DNA from: Saprolegnia diclina VS20
Lineage: Eukaryota
Reading direction: 5' to 3'
DNA length: 64,000 nt
Assembly (NCBI RefSeq): GCF_000281045.1
Contig: NW_008246144.1
Coordinates: 177,885-241,884, forward strand
The position numbers and the translations under genes were made by a program. Shown here piece after piece: positions 46,898-58,085 of the stretch. Within the stretch, counting starts at the first letter, position 1. Each line of letters starts with the position of its first letter. The notes under the pieces were generated by a model. The model was given only the letters and a program-made list of their open reading frames with translations. It made no database searches and had not been told where the DNA came from.

Positions 46898-49110
46898 GGC
46901 CAAATGCGTCGGTTGCCAGCACCCGAACCGCCTCGCGCTGGCCACGAGCCCACGTATGGGTACTGTGGAGAGCGAATGGCCTGGAAGATTCCGCGCGTTT
47001 TCCAGCCGTCATACAAATTGCAAGAGGAGAGTGGAGGGTGAGAGCAAAGAGAGTGGTACTTGCCGATGACGTGGCAGCACGAGGTGCGTGTGATATGATA
47101 GCTCGCTGGCGCCTTTCTGAGTCGCTAGCATCTGGATCGTGACTAATGGGACTCGTGCACGGAGCAGACGCGCGCAAAGGAGGTTTTTCGTACCTCTGAC
47201 TTGTACTACTGCACCTGCCAGTGGCAGAAGGGTTGCGCAATTTGAGCAGCTCGCGAAGGTTTAGTACCGGTAGTGCGCTGGAGGGTTACGATCTCGTGTT
47301 AGCTAGCTTATCGACAACGACGGATCATTCGACAACTTCTTTGCTGCTTTCGCTTCATATTTGGCTGTTTTGCCGCATTGGAGTACCGGTAAGTACCGTT
47401 TTGGGGGTCTGACGGCGCTGCCTCCCATGTACATACCGTTCAAGAGAGCGTGCTCGCGTCATTCGAGTAGCGTTGGATCGACGGATTTTGGTGGAACCAA
47501 GCTGGCGAGGTGGACCAACTTTTTGGCGCGGTGGCAGAGATAAGGCAAAGTCACAGGGCCATGTCACGTTGTCCTCGCGCGCAGCGGACTATTTTGAGCA
47601 TCGAGCTGCTGCAGCGTGAGACTGTTGAGCAGCGAAGGCAGGCCGTGGAGCTCCACCATTTGATCGCGTATCCCGTCGTCGGGCAGCAGCAACAGCCCGA
47701 CGTTGCAGTGCCACTCGGCGCCATTATGGAGCTATGAGCTCCACCATGAGACCCTGTCGGCGTTTTACAACCGACCCGTCCACAGGAAATGCGCGCTCAC
47801 CAAACTCCGAGCTTGCTACTGCTTGATTGCGCTCGATCCAACGCCCCAACATGAAGAACTGGTACGAGTTTGCCTTCTTGTAAGTGCACCCGAACCCAGC
47901 ACTCGGTGTTTCTACGGCGCTTTTGAAGGTCGCCATAGACGCCTTGGCGGCTCTGCGCGGCAAAGTCAGCTGAAACTGCTCGGTAGCGTGGTGCGGCGGC
48001 AGCTCGAGCTGCTCCCGGATATCGACATCGATGCGTGCGCGAGGAGTGCCGACCGCAAATCCCCAAGCCCATTTAGAGCACAATGATGGAGGCGTGTCGT
48101 CAGTTTCTCAAGAACAACTCGCAGAATGTGGTGTCTTCCCAAACTGGACGTTGATGTCAAGGTTGTTCTTATTGCCAGAACAGACCCTTCGCCATTACCA
48201 TGGCGACACCGTGAAGTTGTATCTGCTGGCCCGCTCCTCTTCACGATACCGCGCCCGCACTGGACCGACAGAGATTATCGTTGCCACTCTGTGTCTGTTC
48301 AGGTTGCGACGTATCCGCTGCTAAAACGCGCAGCCGAAGGTAGTCAGCCATGCAAACCTGCTCGACACACTCGATTCGGTGCTCCAATCCTAGCCACCAC
48401 CCGTGCTTCTAGTCGTTTGGCTGTCCACCACCTGCCTTAGCGGAACGTCAGCGAAGGCTTGACTACGCAACACAAACTCAGAGCCGACGCCAGCCGGAAG
48501 ACAAAACGCGTCGCGCTGTCTTCGCTACATCGCATCTTGCGGACGACGACAAGGAGCTGATCCCACCAGTGTATTCAACACCTCTTCGCTGCGTGCATTC
48601 GGGCACGTTGTCGCAAATCTTGTGCTGAGTGGTAACGAGCAATCCTTCGATATGACGTGGCGCAGCGAAATGATGTGCGAAGCAACCAATCAGGTTGCGC
48701 GATTGTGAAAACGTACCACCATTTCAGCCAATAGCATCGCTTGTTGACAGTGCACAACGGCAACATGCGCATGATGCGAACACCAGACGGACCGGTGGCG
48801 CCATCTGCCCCAACAACATGACGTTGATGCCAACGCGCCGTTCCTCTGCAGACGCCCTGTGTCCATCGTACAGTATATTCTTCTCATCCAGTATTGCAGT
48901 ACGTTTAGAGCACAGATAGACCGCCGACCAGCTAACTATTGCGCTTCGTTGCTTTTCCCGTCGTTGATCGCCTTCTGATCGACACCCATGCAACAGCGTT
49001 GCTTGGCGCAGCGCGTGGTTTGAAAGAACCATCCGAGTGTCCCGTCACACTCGCCAGAAGGCTGCACCAGATTTTGGCTGAACCGACACCATTCGGTCCC
49101 ACGGTTTCGA

Positions 49111-49124
49111 TCATTCCGCACTTT
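49111..49124 (+). promoter_or_regulatory. oomycete INR+FPR core promoter
   Basis: TCATTCCGCACTTT, 10 nt before ATG 49135. Confidence 0.65.
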
Positions 49125-49134
49125 GGATTTGGCC

Positions 49135-50943
49135 ATGTACTGGCGCATCACCGTGCCGGCCAAGACGATGGCCGAAGCCAAGGCCGAGCCGTGGCTCGTC
49201 GCGCTTCCGGGCCTCTTTGTATGGCGCGGCGTCTGCTTCCGTCGATGGCACGCGCTCGCCGCGACCTTTTTCACGCAGGCGTGCTGCGGCTCCATCTATG
49301 CCTACCCGGCGCTCCTCAACACTCTCAATCTGCATTTTGGCCAGACCGATGGCGCCGCCATGACGCGCATCATGCTCGTGGCCATGGCCTGCTTGGGCGT
49401 CGCCGGCGCACTCAGCGGGCCTGCGCTCGAGCGTCGCGCGCCGCGGGTTGGTATGTTTGCCGGCACGCTCTGCACCTGCCTCGGGCTGCTCCTCGCCCAC
49501 ATTGCGGTTCTCGTCACCTCTGAGGCACTCTTGATCCTCGGGTACGTTGTATATATGCACGTGCATCTTGTCTTCAACTGGTGCTGTAGCTACGGTGTGC
49601 TCGTCGGCGCCGGCGTCGGGCTGCTCGTCCTCTCGTCTATTGCGACCACGCAAAAGTGGTATCCCGACTACCGCGCCACGTGCATGGGCGTCGGCGTCCT
49701 CGGCTTTGGCGCGGGTCTCACGCTCTGGAACCGACTCTACGTGAGCCTCCTCCATCTCGCAACGACGACGGACGTTGTCACGAGTAGCGCCCAGCTGACG
49801 CATGTCTTCTCGACGGCCGTCGCCATCATCGGCCCCGTCTTGCTACTGAGCAGCATCGTTCTGCGGTCGCCGCCCCCGAACTTTGTCGTCAACGGCGTCG
49901 ACATGCACTGCGTGGCAGCTGACACATCGGCGAACGCGACGCAGCACCTCTTCGTCCAGGACGAGTTCTTCAAGGTCGGCATGACGCTGGTCAACTTTGA
50001 CGCGATCCGCGCCTCCAACGACGCGTTCGTCGGCACGGACGGGCACTACTACCAGCAGGTCAAAGCCCTCTCGCTCGCGCAGTGCATCTTCTCGACCGAC
50101 TTTGCGCTGCTCTACCTCGCGTTCGCCGCGACCGTCGCGCCCTCCATCCTCTTTGTGTCGCAGCTCGTGCACATGACGGCCTACCACTTTACGCACAACG
50201 ACAATGTGTCTGCGATGGCTTTCGCCCGCGTCCCGGTGCTTCTCAGCCTCCTCGGCCGCCTCGTCGCGCCACTCCTCTCGGACGGCGTCGTGCGCGTCTT
50301 CTACGCCAACCCGGCGTTCGCGCGCAAAGTTGTGCTCTTGGTGCTCCTCGGCGTCGAGTGCGCCATGCTGCCGCTCATCGCGTTCGCGATTACGAACGAC
50401 GACTATGCGACATTTCAGATTGCTGTCTCCGTCATGACCTTTGCGACCGGCGGCGGCTTTGCCATCGTGCCGTGCCTCCTCAGCGATCTATACGGCGTCT
50501 ACAACATGGGCACAATGTACGGACTCCTCTTGACGAGCTGGTGCGGTGGCGTCATCGCGGTCGGCCTCGTCCTCACCGAGACCGACGTGGCCGACGCCTC
50601 GGCGCTCGCCGGCCTTCTTCACGCGCTCTGCTACGTGCTGGTGGTGGCCTGGGCGCTGCTCTGGCTCGTGCGCACCAACTCGACCGACCGGTTCTTCCCA
50701 GGGTACCAGATCACGGCCTGCAGCCGCGTCCTTGTCCAGATCCCGTTCCGCCGCAACACGTCCGACACCCTGCGCGACGACGTCTCGTCCGGCGGCAGCA
50801 TCGACAGTATCATCGTCCCACAACAAGCGTCCAGCGGCAAAAGCCCGACGCGCAGTTCGTTCTTCCTCTGGGACGAGCACGCCGTCGTGCACGTTGGCTC
50901 GGGCGAGGCCAGTAGCATTACCGAAGAGGGCGCCGAGCACTAG
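49135..50943 (+). CDS. MFS transporter, OFA-like; paralog 5
   Basis: Family motifs; probable 48-nt in-frame intron 49542-49589. Confidence 0.9.
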   Translation: MYWRITVPAKTMAEAKAEPWLVALPGLFVWRGVCFRRWHALAATFFTQACCGSIYAYPALLNTLNLHFGQTDGAAMTRIMLVAMACLGVAGALSGPALERRAPRVGMFAGTLCTCLGLLLAHIAVLVTSEALLILGYVVYMHVHLVFNWCCSYGVLVGAGVGLLVLSSIATTQKWYPDYRATCMGVGVLGFGAGLTLWNRLYVSLLHLATTTDVVTSSAQLTHVFSTAVAIIGPVLLLSSIVLRSPPPNFVVNGVDMHCVAADTSANATQHLFVQDEFFKVGMTLVNFDAIRASNDAFVGTDGHYYQQVKALSLAQCIFSTDFALLYLAFAATVAPSILFVSQLVHMTAYHFTHNDNVSAMAFARVPVLLSLLGRLVAPLLSDGVVRVFYANPAFARKVVLLVLLGVECAMLPLIAFAITNDDYATFQIAVSVMTFATGGGFAIVPCLLSDLYGVYNMGTMYGLLLTSWCGGVIAVGLVLTETDVADASALAGLLHALCYVLVVAWALLWLVRTNSTDRFFPGYQITACSRVLVQIPFRRNTSDTLRDDVSSGGSIDSIIVPQQASSGKSPTRSSFFLWDEHAVVHVGSGEASSITEEGAEH

Positions 50944-51578
50944 ACCTGTCAACATCTATTTACCAGCCTTTCATGTCGAGAGTACTAGTATATATGTTCT
51001 TATCGATCACCGGATGGGTACGTGGCACGCTGTGGGCAGAGATACTGTACACTCCCAAGTAACAAGCAACAACAAAACAAGGCGAACTTGAAAGGCTTTG
51101 CACGAGCCCGACTACACTCAGGAGCTAACTTACACTGTACGCTAGTACACTGCTCGAGAAACCTTCGCGCAGCATCGAAGGTGGCAGCTGCGCTTCCTTG
51201 CCCGGGCTACTCGCGATCACGTTGTCGAGGCTCACACCGCTAGCAGCCTCGATCTGCTTGAAGGTGCGTTACTACTGCGTGTGTCTGGCAGGAAGCAAGT
51301 CAAACGGTGAGGACTAGGGTACCGTTTTCTGCCATGGGGTGCCAGAAACACCCCCTTTTCGTAATTCCTGCGGTCGGCGGCGGGGCGCCGGGGGCACGCT
51401 GTTTGCGATGCCATGGCTGCCTGCTGCTGGTACGTGCATCATAGAGTTGTGTATTGGTGGGCGAATCCATAGCGAGCTTGAGAAGCTCCAGATCGCATCG
51501 GTAAAAGAGTTGGTTGTCGTTCAAGGGGTGATTGCGACGACCCCGTTTTCGGATGGTAGCTTGGCGCTCGCTCGCATT

Positions 51579-51594
51579 GCTCATTCTGCAATTG
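51579..51594 (+). promoter_or_regulatory. oomycete INR+FPR core promoter
   Basis: GCTCATTCTGCAATTG, immediately upstream of ATG 51598. Confidence 0.7.
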
Positions 51595-51597
51595 ACC

Positions 51598-53382
51598 ATG
51601 GACTGGTTCCTTCGCTACTGGACGATCACGGTGCCGAGCAAGACGCCGTTCGAGGTCGCGGGCGAGCTCTGGCTCTTCACGTTTCCGTCGCCGTGCGGCA
51701 ACGGCGAGCTCATGACGTGGCGCGGCCTCCGCTTCCACCGCTGGCACGTGCTACTGGCGACCTTCTTGACGCAGTTTGTTTGCGGCTTGCTCTACGCGTA
51801 CATGAACCTCGCCGGTACGCTCGAGCTCCTCTTCTTCAAGACGGTCACGGTCGAGCACGTCGCGACCACGTACGGCGAGATCGTCGGTTGCGGCTTCCTC
51901 GGCGTCGTTGGCGCCATCGTCGGTCCGGCTCTGGAGCGCCGCCAGCCGCGCGTCGGCATGATGATCGGCAGCGTCTTCTTCTTGATGGGCCTCGTCTTCA
52001 GCCACATTGCGGTGCTCGTCGAGTCGTACTGGTTTTTCATCCTCGGGTACGGCTCGTGCATCGGCATTGGCACGATCCTCCTCATGCTCTCGTCCTTCTC
52101 GACCGCGCAGAAATGGTACCCCGACTACCGTGGCATCGCGATCGGAGTCACGTGCTCGGGCTTTGGCGTCGGCTTCTCGGGCTGGGCCGTCCTCTTCCTC
52201 GCGCACCTTGGCAAGGACAACAGCGTCAACACGGCGCCCTTGTATTCGATCTTTCTCATGGCCCTCGCGCTCTCCGGCCCGATCCTTGTCTTGAGCACGG
52301 TCGTCATGCGGTCGCCGCCGCCCATGTACATTGTGAACGGCCTCGACGTGCACTGCATCGCGGTCGACACTAACCTCCCGGGCGCCGGCTTTGTGCAAGA
52401 AGAGTACCTCGACTGCGGCATGACGCTCGTCAACTACGACGCGATGCGCGCCGCGTCGCCGGGCACGCAGAGCTACTACTACCAGCAGGTGAAGGCGCTC
52501 TCGCTGCTCCAGTGCATCATGTCGACGGACTTTCTTCTCCTCTTCATCGCGTTCGCGGCCTCAGTGGCGCCCAACATCGCCTTCTCGCCGCGCCTCGTGG
52601 ACATCACGGCCGCCATCTTCACGCACGACGACACGGTCGCCACGTACGCGGTGGCGCAGAACACGGTGATCGCGACGGTCGTCGGCCGCCTCATTGCGCC
52701 GAGCATGTCGGACGTCCTCATCCGCGTCTTCTACATCAACCCCGCGTTCGCGCGCAAGATCGCCTTCATGTTCTTCGTCGGCGCTGAGTGCATCACGATC
52801 CTCCGCCTCCAGCAGGCCATCGAAGCGCGCAACTTTGCGCAGTACGAGTGGTGCACGACGATCCTCGCGTTCACGTGCGGCTGCGGCTTTGCGACGATCC
52901 CGTGCTTCCTCATCGACTTGTACGGCGTCTACAACATGGGCACCATGTACGGCTTGATCATCACGAGCTGCTCGCTCGGCATCGTCCTCATCGGGTTCGC
53001 CTCGGCCAACACGGCGCTCATCAACCCAGTCGTGCTCGTCGACCACCTCGCCTTCATGGGCTACTGGCTCATTGCCTCGTGGTTCCTCATGTGGCTCGTG
53101 CGCACGAGCAGCGACGACCGGTTCTTCCCCGGGTACCAGATCACGCTCTTCAACAAGGTGCTCGTCCAGATCCCGTTCGAGTCCCTCAAAGACTCGATGA
53201 CGGTCATCTTACCCGAGCACGACCTCTCGAGCCCGCTGCACCAGCGCGCCGCGTCCTTCTACCAGTGGGAGAGCCACGACGAGGTGCGCGACTCGACCGA
53301 CGAGTACGGCGAGCCCAAGCTCGTCTCGCTCTTCGACCCACGCAGCATGGACCCGACGCCGTCGCGCCCCGTGGCCATCTGA
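51598..53382 (+). CDS. MFS transporter, OFA-like; paralog 6 (intronless)
   Basis: MDWFLRYWTITVP..; family motifs; no intron at the conserved site. Confidence 0.9.
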   Translation: MDWFLRYWTITVPSKTPFEVAGELWLFTFPSPCGNGELMTWRGLRFHRWHVLLATFLTQFVCGLLYAYMNLAGTLELLFFKTVTVEHVATTYGEIVGCGFLGVVGAIVGPALERRQPRVGMMIGSVFFLMGLVFSHIAVLVESYWFFILGYGSCIGIGTILLMLSSFSTAQKWYPDYRGIAIGVTCSGFGVGFSGWAVLFLAHLGKDNSVNTAPLYSIFLMALALSGPILVLSTVVMRSPPPMYIVNGLDVHCIAVDTNLPGAGFVQEEYLDCGMTLVNYDAMRAASPGTQSYYYQQVKALSLLQCIMSTDFLLLFIAFAASVAPNIAFSPRLVDITAAIFTHDDTVATYAVAQNTVIATVVGRLIAPSMSDVLIRVFYINPAFARKIAFMFFVGAECITILRLQQAIEARNFAQYEWCTTILAFTCGCGFATIPCFLIDLYGVYNMGTMYGLIITSCSLGIVLIGFASANTALINPVVLVDHLAFMGYWLIASWFLMWLVRTSSDDRFFPGYQITLFNKVLVQIPFESLKDSMTVILPEHDLSSPLHQRAASFYQWESHDEVRDSTDEYGEPKLVSLFDPRSMDPTPSRPVAI

Positions 53383-53830
53383 GCATGCCATCGACCTCGT
53401 CTTGTCTAGTCCTTTCTATTGATTTTGTAATGCCAAGCGGTTGCAGCTTTGCGGTGTGGGCAGGGGTAGGGTAACTCAGGTCGCATGGAGGTGTTGCGGC
53501 GGTTTGACACTAGCAGCGCTAAAATGACTCTAGTCGCATGCACTCAACCAGTAGATGACTAAAGCTCCTTCATGCGCCGGCTTCGTGCGCGCAGCTGCCG
53601 AGTAGCGGGATCTGGTGCATGTTTGAGTCAGTTTTGAGAAATATCTCTAGCATCATACGGTTTAGAGGCTATCTAGTTTTATTCTTTGGATGGATGGATG
53701 TTTTATCGGTGGGTTTTTGGTCCAGAAATGGAGACAGTAGTGATAATTGCATGTATCTAGAGACGGTTTTGAAAGCATTTTAACTGCAGCTTCAACCTGG
53801 ATCTGCAGTTGCCGATTTGCCAGCAGCAGC

Positions 53831-54215
53831 ATGTACCTTCTCGTGAGCACCGAAGTGACCGTGACGACGGGTACGACGGTCGCCTTATGCAGGACGCTCG
53901 TCACTCATGACGACCATAGGCCCGACGATCGTCGGCGACGAAGCCTCCGACCCCGAGCTCATGCAGGTAATACGTCCATATCATGCGGGACCAACGATCC
54001 TCTGTAGACGCTGGGCGCGCGCCTCGTGCAGGCCAAGTGCCAAACCTACAAGTACGTTGCGGCGCCGTGGCGTGTGTTGATGGCGGCGTAGGCACTATAC
54101 CGTCTCGGCGCCACCACGATCGGTGCTCGACAAGCTCGAGCGCCTCGGGTTTGAGATCTGCGGCATGAGCGGCCTCGGCCAATCCATCGTCTGGACTATG
54201 CGCAAGTGCTCGTAG
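53831..54215 (+). CDS. GCHFR: GTP cyclohydrolase I feedback regulatory protein (GFRP) homolog
   Basis: Exons 53831-53870, 53920-53966, 54008-54051 and 54092-54215 (all GT-AG) give MYLLVSTEVTVTTGPTIVGDEASDPELMQTLGARLVQAKCQTYKHYTVSAPPRSVLDKLERLGFEICGMSGLGQSIVWTMRKCS (84 aa). This is colinear with animal GFRP motifs YLLIST, GPT.VGD..SDP.LM..LGA, PPR.VLDKLE..G, M.G.GQ..VW. Confidence 0.92.
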
Positions 54216-54458
54216 CTCTCTCGCCGAGCAATTGCGAGCCTTTCATTGAATAGTAGTGTTTTGTCTTGTCGCCGCCTCCTACAGCGCTCTCATACCCGAC
54301 TCGGTTTCTGCTTGGGCTCTGGTCTCTTGCTGGCGCTCTGGTCGCCGCTGCTGCCAGCACCAGCAGCAAATGCTGCAGCCCGAGGGCAACACTAAAACCG
54401 TGCATTGATCCGGATACGCTCCGGAACCCGTCGCGACGCCAAAGATCATTCTTTGCCG

Positions 54459-56524
54459 ATGGCCGATAGCCCAAGCGGCCCGACGTCCGACGATGCTCCG
54501 CCCTGGTCTCCGTCGACGGCCGTCGACGCGCCGCCAAGTGCTGCATCGACCGTGCTGGATGCGCCGCCGATAGCAGTATTGGTCTCGCCCGCTGCGCCGC
54601 TGCAGCTGCCGACCGCGCTGTCGCCCTCCTCGGTCTCGCACCGCCACCCGCACGACACATACGCGGTGATCACGCCCGTGAGCTCGCCCAAGCGATTGTC
54701 TGTCTCGAGCGCGCCGGCGGCAGAGCCAGCGCCAGCGGCGTCAACGTCGCCACGTCGTCCGCACTTGAACTTGAACCTCTCAGCGGTCGGCGTCGCCCGC
54801 CCGACGAGCGCCCGCGCCCTCGTGCCGTCGTCGAACGGGCGAATACGCAAGGTGACACGCGACATTGCGGCGCTGGACTTTCTCCAAAACATCCCGATGC
54901 TCTCCGAGTGCAGCCACCTCTCGGAGCACTCGCGCAAGCTCGGGCCGCTCTCGTCGCCTGACCACGACGCGCAGTCCCAAGAGTACCCGCTCGAGCTCGA
55001 CGAGGTCGAGCAGTCGCTCGCGGGCCGGCGGCTGCCAGGGCCCGATTCGACTGTCGTCAACGTCTTGCCGCTCTTCCGGTACACATGCTTCAAGTGCTTG
55101 TCTCATGGGTCGCTAGGTATCGCTTGGCAACCAAGTACCCGGCTGCGTCTGCGGTCGTTCGTCGGTGGGAAGCCACAATGACAGAGAAGGGAGTTATCGA
55201 CGGCCGCATCTTCCTCTCGAGCGGGAAAGGCTACCCTGTCGGCGTCTCGTCCGTCATCAAGGTAGAGGAAGCGGCTGCCAATGCCGCATATGCTCATACC
55301 ACATACGTGTCTAGTACAATGGCACGGAGAAGGTCACGCGCGCAGGCGGGCGCAAGCGACTCCAGTCGATCATGGTCAGCGCCGAGCCGTACGACTGGCG
55401 CGGCAAGTCCTACTTCCGCCTCCTCCACTCGACGTGGTCGCGCTGCGACAAGGACCGCGACAGCCAAGACAGCCACCCGATCGTGCCTCTGTACGACCCC
55501 AACTTTCTCGACAACCCCGAGTACGTTCCTCATGTTTCCTACATAAGTATCAATCTTTCAAATGCGCCAAGGTACCGCCAGGGGCGTCACAAGGACGTGA
55601 TCCGCGGCGACCGCAAGGTGGGTCCTGTCGTGAGCAGTATCCTCCGCTTCGTCAAGCCCAACGACCTCAAAGAGGTTTTGTCACTGTTGAAAATGACATA
55701 TCTTACGTAAAAAGTAGGAATTGAACAAACAATTTCGGGAAACGCACGTGTGGCTCGACGACTCGGAGCTCACGTTGAGCAAGATCCGCAACCTCAAGCA
55801 AGAGGCGCTGGCGATGGGCAGCCGGACGCACCTCGACATCTCGACCATTGCGCTCGCGTGCGTCTACTTCGAAAAGCTCGTGCTCAGCAACGTATCTATC
55901 CACCATTGGATTGTATCGAGATGACTTTGGATAGTTTGTCCACAAAGCCAACCGCAAGCTGTACATGTCGGCGTGTCTCATCCTCGCGCTCAAGTTCAAC
56001 GAGCCTCTCGTACGTGTGTATCCAACGATCCGAGTATCCATTGGATAATAGAACCGCGACGGGATTGTTTCCGTCATCAAGAAGCTGCTCGTGGAGATCG
56101 ACCACGTGCACTCGCTGCCGTCCCGCGACGTGCTCACGGCCGAGTTTACCGTCTACGCGCAGCTCTCGTTTGCGCTGCACGTACCGCTGCAAGAGATTCA
56201 GGTTCAAAATCTTGCGATTTCTCGAAACTCAAAAGTCCTTAGCCGCATTTTGCGCGGCTGCTGCGCATGGTCGAGAGCAACCCGCGGCAGTACCTCGGCG
56301 AAGAGACCTTTACGATTTACTCCAAGCTCTTGCACGAAGAGAAGAGCTGGTACGACAGTGTCGCGGCCGCCGACCACTCGTACGCCGAGGACGACGACGA
56401 AGAAGAAGAGGAGGAAGACGGCACGGACCTCGAGGGCGCCGACGACGACGAGGCGCGGGACCATTCGTCGCTCTTTCCCTGGAACCGCGTGTCGTTTGCG
56501 CAATGGTGGAAGGACCGCACGTAA
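54459..56524 (+). CDS. CABLES-like (CDK5/ABL substrate) cyclin-fold protein, multi-exon
   Basis: AALDFLQNI, YDPNFLDNPE, ELNKQFRETH..LTLSKIRNLK, ALACVYFEKLVL, NRKLYMSACLILALKFN; acidic tail. Confidence 0.8.
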
Positions 56525-56579
56525 TACCTCGTCTTACATGGATTTTGTATCAAGATAGTATCAAGATGTATGATGCAAA

Positions 56580-58085
56580 CTAGCTCGTCGTAGTGTCGCG
56601 GGGCGCATCGCTCTCGAGCGACGTCTTGTGCATGCTGGTGTCGAGAACGCGGGATGTTGGCGCTGGCTCGAACGTGTAGGCGGACCCGCCGTGCTCGTAG
56701 GCGTCGAGCCCCGTAGCCTCGGCGTCGGCCGACACGCGGAGGAGGCCGAGCTTGGAGAGGAGGCCAAAGAGGAGGGTGCAGAAGCCGGCAACCCACGCGA
56801 AAATCGCCAGCACATACACGACCTGCGCCGCGAGCTGGTGGCCTTGGTGGCCGTCGCAGCGGTAAAAGACACCGCACGAGCCGGACCCGACGGCCATGGC
56901 CACGCCTTTGCCCGAAGCGAAGAAGCCAGGCGCGAGGGCGCCGAGCGTGCCGCAGCCAAAGTGCACAGGGATCGCGTCGACGACGTCGTCGATCTTGCAG
57001 CGCAGCACGAGCTTGGCGACGCCAACGTAGACGAGCGATGCGATGGCGCCGAGCGCGACGGCGCCTTCGGGCTCGATCACGGAGCAGCTGCCGGTGACCG
57101 AGACGCAGCCGGCGAGGATCCCGTTGTTGAACATGCAAACGTCCCACGACTTGGACCCGACGAGGCGGTCGAGGAGGACGGTGCAGACGCCGCCCATGCA
57201 CGCGCCGAGCGTGAGGTTGACCGCGACCTTGGTCATCACGTGGCTCAAGTCCCCCCGGAGCGAGACCGTCGAGACGCAGTTGAAGCCGTACCAGCCAAAC
57301 CAGAGAATGAGCGTTCCCATGCTTTGGTACAAAACCGACTGCTTCGGGAGCTCATCGTGGCTGCCGTCGCTGTGGAACCGCCCTTTGCGCGGCCCAAGAA
57401 AGATGCACCCGATGAGCGCCGAGATGCCCCCGAGCATGTGGATGCAGCCGCAGCCAGCAAAGTCGATGGTCCCGACCTCAAAGAGGCGGTCTTGGGGGGT
57501 TCGGAGCACGCTCGCCCACCCAGTCGTGGACCAGATCCAGTGGCCCGCGACCGGGTAGATGACGGCGCTCACGCACAGCGTGTAGGCCAAGTAGGCGCCG
57601 AGCGTGATGCGTTCGGCGACTGCGCCCGAGAAAATGGTGACGGCGACGGCGGCGATCGCCCACTGGAAGAACCAGTTGCCGTACTCGTAGCCTTCGTACG
57701 CCATGGGGATATCCGTGTGGAAGGTGTCGCCTTGGAGGAAGAAGCCCGTGCGACCGATGAAGACGTTGCCGTCGCCAAAGAGGAACGCGTACCCGACGGC
57801 GTAGAACGTGAGGCCCGTGAGGCAGAGGTCGCTAAGGTTGCGGAACAAAATGTGCTTGGTGTTCTTGACGCTGCAGCAGCCAATCTCGAGGAGGCCAAAC
57901 CCAAGGAGCATGATGAAGACCATGACGCCGCCAAAGACGAGCCAGAGATTGTCGAGCGCGGCCGCCGACGCCACGTCGGACGCACACTTGGTCCCGACGC
58001 ACGCGTTGGCCGTGAGTTTCTTGGAGAACGCGTCGAGCGACATGGTGGTCACGACGCCGTTGAGCGTCAGCGTCACCGAGTCCAT
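56580..58085 (-). CDS. AMT: ammonium transporter (Amt1-like)
   Basis: SVKNT, WFFQW, SGAVAER, DFAGCGCIH, LILWFGWYGFN, IDDVVDAIPVH (twin His present); intronless; ATG at 58085. Confidence 0.95.
   Translation of the reverse strand: MDSVTLTLNGVVTTMSLDAFSKKLTANACVGTKCASDVASAAALDNLWLVFGGVMVFIMLLGFGLLEIGCCSVKNTKHILFRNLSDLCLTGLTFYAVGYAFLFGDGNVFIGRTGFFLQGDTFHTDIPMAYEGYEYGNWFFQWAIAAVAVTIFSGAVAERITLGAYLAYTLCVSAVIYPVAGHWIWSTTGWASVLRTPQDRLFEVGTIDFAGCGCIHMLGGISALIGCIFLGPRKGRFHSDGSHDELPKQSVLYQSMGTLILWFGWYGFNCVSTVSLRGDLSHVMTKVAVNLTLGACMGGVCTVLLDRLVGSKSWDVCMFNNGILAGCVSVTGSCSVIEPEGAVALGAIASLVYVGVAKLVLRCKIDDVVDAIPVHFGCGTLGALAPGFFASGKGVAMAVGSGSCGVFYRCDGHQGHQLAAQVVYVLAIFAWVAGFCTLLFGLLSKLGLLRVSADAEATGLDAYEHGGSAYTFEPAPTSRVLDTSMHKTSLESDAPRDTTTS

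Noticed and set aside
47560..48090. Possible LRR fragment on the minus strand (LPSLLNSLTLQQLD)
   Set aside because: A single weak repeat in a broken frame; cannot be supported.
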